From positions 10,874-74,873 of the forward strand of contig JASLVM010000001.1 in assembly GCA_030741355.1 (NCBI GenBank): DNA of 64,000 nucleotides, in the 5' to 3' direction. A program made the translations under genes and the position numbers. A model generated the notes under the pieces. That model searched no databases. It saw nothing but the letters and a program-made list of their open reading frames with translations, and had not been told where the DNA came from. This DNA comes from Poseidonia sp. (GTDB taxonomy: Archaea; Thermoplasmatota; Poseidoniia; Poseidoniales; Poseidoniaceae). The number at the start of each line of letters is the position of its first letter. Positions within the stretch are counted from its first letter, which is position 1. Shown here piece by piece: positions 17,605-25,904 of this stretch.

Positions 17605-18570
17605 TCACTCAAGAATACCCTGGAGGGCTCGCTTGGTCAACGTCTTCACCATGGACCGGCGGTACCGAGGCGGAAGCGCTGTGTTGTTGACGGGTTTGAC
17701 CGATTTCTGAACCGTTTTTGCCAACCCAACGGGGTCAAGCTCGCCCGCTTCGAGATGGTTCTCAACTTGTTCGGCGTGAAGGCGCGGGATGGATTCAAGC
17801 GCCGTACTGGCCACCAGAAGGGTCGATGCGTCCCCGGGAATCCACGAAGCGGCCACGCCGGCCTCAGGGAAGTCCCATGAATCGCGAACTCTGAGTTTCT
17901 GATAGCACCCTTTGCGTTGGAGGGCTTCCTTCGGGAGCGTGACTTTGAGAAGAAACTCGCCTGTTTTGAGGACGTTCTTCTTCATGCCGTCCAACTCGTA
18001 GAATTCAGCGAGGGGCATCGTTCGTTCTCCTTCCGGACCAATGAGGACCACGGAGGCCCCCAGGACCATGAAGTTGGGCGCCATATCGCCTTGATAGGTC
18101 GCCACGCAGAGCGTGTTCTGATTGGGAATGACCCGACAATCTGCACCTGTGCCGCAGTCTGCTTTGTGGCACCAATCGATGGAACGTCGCCAATCTTCGC
18201 TTTGGTTGTACCAGAAACAACGGGTGTCCAAACACAGATTGCCACCCACGGTGGCGCTCTTACGGATCAAGGACGAAGCCACCTTAGACGCTGCCTGAAC
18301 AAGGAGCGGGTGGACGTTGTTTTCGGTGGTCAACGATGAGAGCGGCACCATGCACCCAAGTTCCGAAGGGGACAAGGCGTGGGCTTCCTCAATGCCTGCA
18401 AGTGAAATGACGTGCGGCTTTGGGTTGATGCGCCATTTGTAATTTGGAAGAACGTCGGTCCCTCCTGCAACCCAATCGAAGGCCTCACCCTTGGCCATGA
18501 TGGAGGCGGCGAGTTCAACCGCCTCATCGACCGTGGAAGGGTGATGAAGTTCAAACGGAGGCATCAACAT
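17605..18570 (-). CDS. Molybdenum hydroxylase FAD-binding (medium) subunit
   Basis: FELHHPSTVDEAVELAA...WVAGGTDVLP (FAD_binding_5/CoxM-like). GGAGGTGAT at 18576..18584. The ATG overlaps the large-subunit TGA (TGATG). Confidence 0.8.
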   Translation of the reverse strand: MLMPPFELHHPSTVDEAVELAASIMAKGEAFDWVAGGTDVLPNYKWRINPKPHVISLAGIEEAHALSPSELGCMVPLSSLTTENNVHPLLVQAASKVASSLIRKSATVGGNLCLDTRCFWYNQSEDWRRSIDWCHKADCGTGADCRVIPNQNTLCVATYQGDMAPNFMVLGASVVLIGPEGERTMPLAEFYELDGMKKNVLKTGEFLLKVTLPKEALQRKGCYQKLRVRDSWDFPEAGVAASWIPGDASTLLVASTALESIPRLHAEQVENHLEAGELDPVGLAKTVQKSVKPVNNTALPPRYRRSMVKTLTKRALQGILE

Positions 18571-21377
18571 CAATCATCACCTCCCATGTGTCGCTGTTCT
18601 TTTTTCAACCATGCACGACCTGCAAATCCAAGTTCAGCCAATTGTTCGGGGAGCGGTTCATCCGCCTCTCTCCATCCCTCAACTTGTTCAGCGAGCGGGC
18701 GGTCCGGGTCAAAGCCAAACAGAACGCCGTTCACGTAGGCCGAGGTGTCCTCGCTCCGCTGTCGCAAACGATCGCGTTCACGGTGCTCATCACTGCGTGC
18801 AACGAGCACCTTCTGAAGCGGTCCGTGTTTCAATCGAGGGGACGCCATCGCTTCAGCATCGTCCAGACCATGCTTTTTGAGATGCTTCTCAATACCGGCA
18901 TACACCACGTCAGGCGTGAGGGGCAGGTTCCTCAGTCGGATACCAATGGCATCGTAAACGGCGTTGACGACCGCTGGCAGAATCGGAAGAAGGGGGCCTT
19001 CCCCAGCCTCTTTAGCGCCAAAAGGACCCTCGGGGTCGCTTGATTCAACAATGATGGCCTCAACATGTGGCATTTCATGGACGCTCGGGATTTTGTATTC
19101 CAGCAGATTGGCGTTCTGCAAGTGGCCCGTACGGCCGTAAACCATTTTCTCGGTCAAGACTTGTCCGAGACCCATGTGGCAGGAACCAATGATTTGTCCT
19201 TTGACTGCGAGGGGGTTCAGGGCTTTGCCACAATCGTGGGCGGCCCAAACATTCGTGCAGGAAACCAAACCCGTCTCAACATCCACATCAACCTCAGCAA
19301 CATACGCCGAAAACGAGTATGCGGGAGCAAGGCCGGCTGCTGCACCTTTGTGTACACCGCCCATCGGAGGTGAGCGGTAAGCACCTCTGGCAATGAGGGC
19401 TCCCGTGTCCGCTTGAGCTTTGTGAAGCGCTTGAAGGTAGGAGACGCCGATGGCGGGGTCGTGTTTGTAGTAGATCCGTCGGTCGTTCAACACCAGGACG
19501 TTGGGGTGATAGCCAAGCATCTCCCATGCGGCTTTGAGCAATTGATCTCGAATACCAATAGCGGCGCGAATAGCAGCGTTGGCGTTCATGAAAGTAACTC
19601 GACTTGAGTACGAGCCAAGGTCCACGGGGCTTGTGTCGCTTTCATGGCTGCGAACGTGAATCATTTCAATGGGCAGAGCCAACACCTCTGCCACCACCTG
19701 AGCCACGGCCGTGGTCGAACCCTGGCCGATGTCGGCCGCACCGGTGTGTACGGTTACGCCGCCGTCCATGTCGACTTGAATGTGAACCGTAGCGTGTGGG
19801 AAATTCTTCGGGTCCCAATGAATTGGAAGGCCGGAACCTGAAATGAAGAAACCGCATCCAATGCCGATGCCTTGGCCGAGCGGAAGTTGGCGGAACTTGC
19901 TGTCCCATTCCGAGCCTTCACGGACTCTTTCAAGCGCCTCACGCATCCCGTTGGAGGTGATGCGGAAGCCACTGATGGTGCGACTATGCGGAGGAAGAAG
20001 ATTAGCGAGGCGGAGGTCAATCGGGTCGACGTCCATTGATTCTGCCATCTCGTCCAAACCAACCTCAACAGCACAGCGCGTGTTGACGGCCCCGTGGCCA
20101 CGCATGGCGCCCGATGCGGGTTTGTTCGTCCAGACTCTGGCGCCCGTGTAATGGAACGAACCCAATTCATAGGGGGCAGTAGCGAGCACCCCGTTGTAGT
20201 ACGAAGTGACGTGTCCAAAAGATGCAAAACCCCCACCATCGATGAGGGCATCAATATCGAAACCGGAGATTCGCCCCGAATCATCGGCCGTCATTTTCAC
20301 GTCGATATGACTCGGGTGGCGGCCACGATTGATCCAATAGACTTCTTCACGGTCAAAGGTAATTCGAACGGGCCGGCCGGCTTTGCGGGCCAACAAAGCG
20401 GCGCACATCTCGTGAGGGAAGGGGTCGGATTTTCCTCCGAATCCTCCACCAACAAAGGTTCGAATGACGTTGATTTGGTGCATGGGAACATCCAGCACCG
20501 TCGAAAGTGCACGGTGGGTGTAGTGCGGTACTTGTTGAGGCGTGTAGAGTTGGAGCCGCCCGTTGGGGTCCCAATGAGCCACCACGGCGTGGGGTTCAGT
20601 GAATCCGTGATGAACACCGGACATCGTCCAGGAGCCGTGAGAGGAGGCATGCGGTGCATTCACCAAAGAACGGTCTCCGAATTCCTGGAACACGCGCTTC
20701 TGAACATTGGTTCGGGCAAGGTGGTATTTTCCCCGCCAGTGAATGGGTTCGTCGTGGTCTTCCAACCCTTTCTTGGGGTCAAAAACTGGCTCCAGTTCTT
20801 CCCATTCAACATCGAATAACGAAAGCGCTTCAATGGCGGTTGCTTCGTCCACAGCGGCAACACAGGCGACCAAATCCCCCACGTGTCGAACCTTCTCAAT
20901 AGCCATGGCGTGCTCGTCTTTGGTCACCGGCAATACACCAAATCGGTTGGGTGCGTCTTGACCGGTCGAGACTGCGATAACACCGGGAAGGGCTTCAACA
21001 CGGCTCGTATCAATGGATTTGATGCGAGCGTAGTGGTGAGGTGAGCGGAGAATCTTCCCAATCAATTCGCCTGGCAGGCGCACGTCGTCGCCGTACCATG
21101 CCTGTCCGGTCACCTTTGCATTGGAGTCGACCAGTGGGATGGGTTTCCCAACCACGGTGCCGGTTCGGTCGCGGTCATGGATATGGTCGCCTGCTGGTTT
21201 GGGCTCTTTACCACCCACGGTTTCTGGGATGAAATCCAAATCCCTTGGCCGCATTTGAGGGTCGCTTCCACCTGAGCCTGGGGGCGGGAAGACCTGTTTA
21301 CCTGCGACGCGCTTGCCGTCCTTACGAACCTCCGAAGAGGATGCACCGGGTTGTTGACGATAACTGCCCATGGTCAT
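18570..21377 (-). CDS. Molybdenum hydroxylase large (molybdopterin-binding) subunit, xanthine dehydrogenase/aldehyde oxidoreductase family, with N- and C-terminal extensions
   Basis: VVGKPIPLVDSNAKVTGQAWYGDD, GGGFGGK, SGAMRGHG and FGAKEAGEGPL motifs. About 935 aa. The ATG at 21377 overlaps the small-subunit TGA. Confidence 0.85.
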   Translation of the reverse strand: MTMGSYRQQPGASSSEVRKDGKRVAGKQVFPPPGSGGSDPQMRPRDLDFIPETVGGKEPKPAGDHIHDRDRTGTVVGKPIPLVDSNAKVTGQAWYGDDVRLPGELIGKILRSPHHYARIKSIDTSRVEALPGVIAVSTGQDAPNRFGVLPVTKDEHAMAIEKVRHVGDLVACVAAVDEATAIEALSLFDVEWEELEPVFDPKKGLEDHDEPIHWRGKYHLARTNVQKRVFQEFGDRSLVNAPHASSHGSWTMSGVHHGFTEPHAVVAHWDPNGRLQLYTPQQVPHYTHRALSTVLDVPMHQINVIRTFVGGGFGGKSDPFPHEMCAALLARKAGRPVRITFDREEVYWINRGRHPSHIDVKMTADDSGRISGFDIDALIDGGGFASFGHVTSYYNGVLATAPYELGSFHYTGARVWTNKPASGAMRGHGAVNTRCAVEVGLDEMAESMDVDPIDLRLANLLPPHSRTISGFRITSNGMREALERVREGSEWDSKFRQLPLGQGIGIGCGFFISGSGLPIHWDPKNFPHATVHIQVDMDGGVTVHTGAADIGQGSTTAVAQVVAEVLALPIEMIHVRSHESDTSPVDLGSYSSRVTFMNANAAIRAAIGIRDQLLKAAWEMLGYHPNVLVLNDRRIYYKHDPAIGVSYLQALHKAQADTGALIARGAYRSPPMGGVHKGAAAGLAPAYSFSAYVAEVDVDVETGLVSCTNVWAAHDCGKALNPLAVKGQIIGSCHMGLGQVLTEKMVYGRTGHLQNANLLEYKIPSVHEMPHVEAIIVESSDPEGPFGAKEAGEGPLLPILPAVVNAVYDAIGIRLRNLPLTPDVVYAGIEKHLKKHGLDDAEAMASPRLKHGPLQKVLVARSDEHRERDRLRQRSEDTSAYVNGVLFGFDPDRPLAEQVEGWREADEPLPEQLAELGFAGRAWLKKEQRHMGGDD

Positions 21378-21979
21378 CACTTCGCATGGCCGGGCGGCAT
21401 GGTGGGTTCTTCAGGACCGGAGGGGTGCGGGTCTGGGTGAGGGTTGCTTGCTGGCGCAGGGGCTGCAACATCGCCACGGTGAATGGCTGCGGCGGCCTCA
21501 ATCGAGTCAATGATTTGCTGATACCCCGTGCAGCGACACAGATTCCCCTCGATGGCACAGGCGATTTCATCCCGTGTTGGGTTGGCGTTCTCGTTGAGCA
21601 AGGCTTGGGACGCCACCAAGAATCCGGGGGTGCAAAAGCCGCATTGGGAGCCCCCATGCGTAGCAAAACAGGTCTGAATAGGTGCGAGATGAGCACCGTC
21701 TGAAAGGCCCTCGACGGTGATGATGTCTGCGCCTTGAACTTGTCCGGCGAGGGTCAGGCATGACAATTTTGGAACACCGTCGATCATGACGGTGCAACAG
21801 CCGCACGTGCCCAAATCACACCCTCGTTTGACACCGAGTGTGCCGACCTTATCCCGAAGCACGTCAAGGAGAACAGCGTTGCTGGGTGCGAGGACCTCAT
21901 GCGACTGACCGTTGACGGTAGCTGACCACCGTTTGCCCTCCGGCACAGGAATCATCGAAACATGCTCATCACCCACCAT
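21377..21979 (-). CDS. Molybdenum hydroxylase small [2Fe-2S] subunit
   Basis: GCDLGTCGCCTVMIDG and CGFCTPG...CRCTGYQQI are the two 2Fe-2S cluster motifs. Pro/His-rich C-terminal tail. Confidence 0.9.
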   Translation of the reverse strand: MVGDEHVSMIPVPEGKRWSATVNGQSHEVLAPSNAVLLDVLRDKVGTLGVKRGCDLGTCGCCTVMIDGVPKLSCLTLAGQVQGADIITVEGLSDGAHLAPIQTCFATHGGSQCGFCTPGFLVASQALLNENANPTRDEIACAIEGNLCRCTGYQQIIDSIEAAAAIHRGDVAAPAPASNPHPDPHPSGPEEPTMPPGHAK

Positions 21980-22038
21980 GGTCGTCCCTGTTGTGCCGTA
22001 GGGTATTGACTCTTTGATGATTGGGGGGCTGTGGCCTC

Positions 22039-23106
22039 TTATTCCTCTTCAAACCGCTCTCTCGACAATTCCCCTTCTGCGAGTTCAATGGCGTTTCGAA
22101 GAACCAATCCGTGGTAGACTCGAATGTTGCGTTGTTTTACCGCCAAGTTCACCTCTGTCTCGATCGTTCTCAACACATCGCAGTCCATACAACCTCCGAT
22201 CTCGGCAAGCAAGCGATTGAATTCACGGCGACGAGAGAAGAAAATGGCAAAATAAACGGGAACCAAAAGCAGAGGAATGACCAATTCTTCAAACACAATT
22301 TCGCTCACGAAGGAAACCGAAAATTCAGAGTAATCGGAATCGTACTCGTAGCTGAACGACCCGGGGCCAAGCCCTCCGGTGTAGAAGATACCGGTGTTGG
22401 TGCCAAAGTACATCGTAAACGGTGTTTCATCACCGTCGTAAATATCGGAGCCACGGTCGATCTCAATGTAATCGGGCCATCCGTCGTTGTCGTTGTCGGG
22501 ATCTAATACATCGGGAATGGTGTCTTGGTCTGCATCGGGCGGCGTTGAATCAGCGTTGTACGGGTCGTAGAGAATGGTCCCCGAGGAGGCTGAACGCTCC
22601 ATTTCATTTCGAATGCCGTCGCCGTCTGCGTCATCATCGTATTCATCCGGCAGAAAATCACCATCGATGTCGGAACACCCCAGGAGACGAATCTTGCTTT
22701 TGCCGTAGATGTTGGGACAGTTGTCGCTCATTGGATGCAATCCTTGGTCTGCATAACCATCTCCGTCGAGGTCAGACCAAATCAGAGGGTCCTCCGGCCA
22801 CACGTCCACCTCATCAAGCGAACCATCACCGTCCATATCGGGGTCGGCGACGTCCCCGATGCCGTCCCCATCAAGATCGCGGTGTTCTGAAGCGTTGTCC
22901 GGAAACGCATCCGCCCCCATGCTTTGATTCCATCCTTCATCGGGGTCCGACCAGCCGTCACCATCGGAATCAAGACATCCTTGACGGTCTTCTGTAGAGG
23001 ACCCGGAAAGACACGAGGGTTCATCCCCGCCATCGCCCTGTGCCGAAACAGAAGTGATGAGGCAAAGAGCGAGAAAGAGCGTGATTACGAATCGGCCCTC
23101 ACCCAT
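22039..23106 (-). CDS. Thrombospondin type-3 repeat (Ca-binding) surface protein with TM anchor
   Basis: Signal-like FVITLFLALCLITSVSAQG. Repeated DxDxDGxxDxxD units (DSDGDGWSDPDE, DLDGDGIGDVADPDMDGDG, DDDADGDGIRN, DPDNDNDGWPD). TM VIPLLLVPVYFAIFF followed by SRRRE. Confidence 0.7.
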   Translation of the reverse strand: MGEGRFVITLFLALCLITSVSAQGDGGDEPSCLSGSSTEDRQGCLDSDGDGWSDPDEGWNQSMGADAFPDNASEHRDLDGDGIGDVADPDMDGDGSLDEVDVWPEDPLIWSDLDGDGYADQGLHPMSDNCPNIYGKSKIRLLGCSDIDGDFLPDEYDDDADGDGIRNEMERSASSGTILYDPYNADSTPPDADQDTIPDVLDPDNDNDGWPDYIEIDRGSDIYDGDETPFTMYFGTNTGIFYTGGLGPGSFSYEYDSDYSEFSVSFVSEIVFEELVIPLLLVPVYFAIFFSRRREFNRLLAEIGGCMDCDVLRTIETEVNLAVKQRNIRVYHGLVLRNAIELAEGELSRERFEEE

Positions 23107-23228
23107 GGGTGTTCCATCATGCCTGACCTAATGGCTTTTTTTCCCGGTTTCGTAGGGTTTCAAAAGTTGGTAGCTGGTATGACATCCAGACCAAGGTTTG
23201 AAAAGGAAACCGGTCCGAGTTATACACC

Positions 23229-23762
23229 ATGAACAAAACTCTCCCGTTGTTGGTGCTTCTTCTCTTTCTCACTCCACTCACGGGTTGTACCGCAGAGGAT
23301 GAAGTGAAGGCTGAGGTCTTTCCTTCCTTCTCAACGGTAGCGGATGACAATCAAACCTACGATAACGCTCGCATGGCTGGCAGCGCCTACATTGTTGTCT
23401 TCTCAGCCGAATGGTGCAACAGCCCTTGCTACACCACCATGCACGCTATCTGGAACGCCAAAGCCGAACTTCCCGTTTTGGTCATGTCAACAGACCCGGC
23501 CGAAAATGCTGGAGGGTTGACCCTGAGCGAATGGCATGAATCTGCCAATGCGCATGATGATGAGGACGACGATTTGGGCGTTGAATTGACAACGTACGCC
23601 TTCATGAAAGGGACCGAAGCCGCCTCCGCTCTCGACATCACGCGACCGGGGTCGCTTGCCTTCGTCAACGCCGAAGGAGAAATCACCTACCTCCACGAGG
23701 GGCGAATGGATGACACGGCTGCTATTCTCGAGAAGTGGAACGAGGCAAGCGCCGCTGCGTGA
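23229..23762 (+). CDS. Thioredoxin-fold (TlpA/redoxin-like) putative lipoprotein with CxxxC motif
   Basis: Lipobox-like LTPLTGC. VVFSAEWCNSPC has three residues between the Cys. PGSLAFVNAEGEI resembles the cis-Pro loop plus strand of redoxins. Confidence 0.5.
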   Translation: MNKTLPLLVLLLFLTPLTGCTAEDEVKAEVFPSFSTVADDNQTYDNARMAGSAYIVVFSAEWCNSPCYTTMHAIWNAKAELPVLVMSTDPAENAGGLTLSEWHESANAHDDEDDDLGVELTTYAFMKGTEAASALDITRPGSLAFVNAEGEITYLHEGRMDDTAAILEKWNEASAAA

Positions 23763-23767
23763 ACCCA

Positions 23768-25747
23768 TCACTCCAGAAGCTTGGCTTCCTCAACAACCGC
23801 ATCAATGTCCTCATCGGGACGCGTCCAGTCGATGATTTCCACTTGAGCAGAATCTTCAGCTTTGTTGAGAACAATGATTCCTGCAATGACCAAGAGCATC
23901 AACAGCAAGATGATGGTGGGTGCAACCCAAGCGGGCAAGTCTCCGAACAAACCGTCTTGGTTGGATTGACTGAAGGATTTGGCATTGGCCGTATCCATCA
24001 GCATCACGTTCACGGAAACGAGGGAGGTAGCAGAGTGGCCGCCACTTTCGTTGGCCACCAAACCTCGTAGAGAGAGCGTGTGGTTTCCTTCAACCTCAAT
24101 GCCGGGAAGGTGTTCAAGTTGGTGAACGATGGTGGAGATGTCAAGTTCTGCTCGCTGGTCGCCCTCGCTAAAGGAGTGGAGGCTGGCCCAATCGTCGCGA
24201 AGATGATTGCTGCGCCATTGAACGGTGTCAAGGGATCCACTGAGGTCAATATCAATAGCATCGCCTGGCATCAAGTGGATACGGTCGTCAATACCCACTT
24301 CGGTGGTGATGGAAATGGTGATGGAAGTGTCGAGCTGGTAATCACGCTGGGCCGCTTCCATGACCGCAGCCAGGGCCTCTACATGCCCGTGGCCGTAGAC
24401 GTTGTTCTGTCGGTTCTTCGGAATTCCATCTTCAAGACACGGTTCGTTGGCTAACATGTAGTGACATTGACGGTATGTTGCTGTCTCTTGTAGGATGTTT
24501 CGAACATCAAAGGGTGACAAGTCTGGGTTGGCCTGAAGCATGAGGGCAACGGTTCCGGCAACACCGGGAGTGGCCATGCTGGTACCGCTGAAGGCAACAT
24601 ATCCGTCGCCCGAGTTGTGTTGAGTGGACATGACATCCGAGCCCACGAAGGCCACGTTGGGTTTGACGCGCCCTTCTTCGGTTGGTCCCTGGCTGCTGTA
24701 TTCCGCGATGGCCGTGTTCTTGTTGAGGGCCCCGACCGTAATCACATCTTCAGCACCTCCGGGTGTTCCGATGGTGGCTGGAGCCGCTGAATTTCCGGCA
24801 GCGATGAGCATGCTGATTCCCGCCCGAACCATCTCGTTGGCGTAGCGGTTCACGCTGTCTTCCTCGGCCGAGGTCCACTCGATGGGACCGGGTCCTCCGA
24901 GGCTCATCGAGGCGGCACGGATGTTGAATTCATAGCGGTGGTCAACCGTCCATTGCATGCCGGCCATAACGACGGAGAAACTTCCTGAACCACCTGAGTC
25001 GAGGACCTTCACACCGACGAGGTTGGCTTGTGGAGCCATCCCGGGGTGTTCGTAGGTTGGTGCGCCGGTTCCTGCAACGGTTCCAGCACAGTGCGTCCCA
25101 TGGCCCTGGTCGTCGTAGGCTTGCACTTCTGTGCCGTTGGTTTTGTCCGGGTTGTTCACAGGGTCGTAAAACGCAATCACCTTCGGGTCGTGTGTGCTGT
25201 CGTCGTCGTCATGGTCGTCGAGACCAACGTGCAGGCTGTCGATGCCCGTATCGATGACCGCCACGGTGACACCGGCGCCGTCGTATCCGGTTTGTTGCTG
25301 AGCAAGGTCCACCTCGTGAACAACGGCCGCATCACCGTTCTGGACTTGGAGAATTCCGTCAAGTTCCAACATGACGACACCGGGCAAGGTGGTGGTTTCG
25401 AGGATCAAGTCGTGAGGGATGCGTCCTGCGACGGCGTCGATCAGGGGGAGATGCCACTGGTGAAGGTAGCCCACCTCACGCGTGAGCATGGCGATGTCTT
25501 GCTCGGTTGGCGTATGGTCAAAGTCAACGATGAGGGGAAGCGTGTTGGCCTCGTCCAAGAACAGAGGATGGTCGTGGTATTTTTCGACCATGTCAGCGAT
25601 TTTATTGTCGTTTTTGTCCATCAAAGTGGTGTTCCACCAAGCATCCTCGCTCGGATTTGGCTCGGATGAATGGACCGGCATGGCCATGGCCAAGGCTGGC
25701 GTGAGCATCAAACAAAAGCAAAACACACTGAGCAGTGGACGTTTCAT
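23768..25747 (-). CDS. Subtilisin-family (S8) serine protease, secreted, C-terminal TM anchor
   Basis: Catalytic triad motifs VAVIDTGID, HGTHCAGTVAG and GTSMATPGVAG. Signal peptide MKRPLLSVFCFCLMLTPALAMA from the ATG at 25747 (the ORF extends to 26044). C-terminal WVAPTIILLLMLLVIAGIIVL. Confidence 0.85.
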   Translation of the reverse strand: MKRPLLSVFCFCLMLTPALAMAMPVHSSEPNPSEDAWWNTTLMDKNDNKIADMVEKYHDHPLFLDEANTLPLIVDFDHTPTEQDIAMLTREVGYLHQWHLPLIDAVAGRIPHDLILETTTLPGVVMLELDGILQVQNGDAAVVHEVDLAQQQTGYDGAGVTVAVIDTGIDSLHVGLDDHDDDDSTHDPKVIAFYDPVNNPDKTNGTEVQAYDDQGHGTHCAGTVAGTGAPTYEHPGMAPQANLVGVKVLDSGGSGSFSVVMAGMQWTVDHRYEFNIRAASMSLGGPGPIEWTSAEEDSVNRYANEMVRAGISMLIAAGNSAAPATIGTPGGAEDVITVGALNKNTAIAEYSSQGPTEEGRVKPNVAFVGSDVMSTQHNSGDGYVAFSGTSMATPGVAGTVALMLQANPDLSPFDVRNILQETATYRQCHYMLANEPCLEDGIPKNRQNNVYGHGHVEALAAVMEAAQRDYQLDTSITISITTEVGIDDRIHLMPGDAIDIDLSGSLDTVQWRSNHLRDDWASLHSFSEGDQRAELDISTIVHQLEHLPGIEVEGNHTLSLRGLVANESGGHSATSLVSVNVMLMDTANAKSFSQSNQDGLFGDLPAWVAPTIILLLMLLVIAGIIVLNKAEDSAQVEIIDWTRPDEDIDAVVEEAKLLE

Positions 25748-25904
25748 GGATTTCTCCCCGGTCCAACCGACCCCCCGGCAGGCTTTCAACTCATTGGAGC
25801 CATGTGAACCTCCGGAAAGTGTCGTCGAGTGAAAAAGAACAGTGAAATTCGGAGTTGGCGGGTGAAGTATTAAGAGGAGTTTGAGCGAAGTATTACTGAT
25901 TGAC

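Noticed and set aside
23144-23213. 8-bp inverted repeat CCGGTTTC...GAAACCGG (54-nt spacer) and a near-direct repeat GGTTT(C/G)AAAAG in the 122-nt divergent spacer between the TSP3-repeat gene and the redoxin-like gene.
   Set aside because: The arms are short and widely spaced, with chance expectation of roughly 0.1 for the region. It may be an operator, but the evidence is insufficient.
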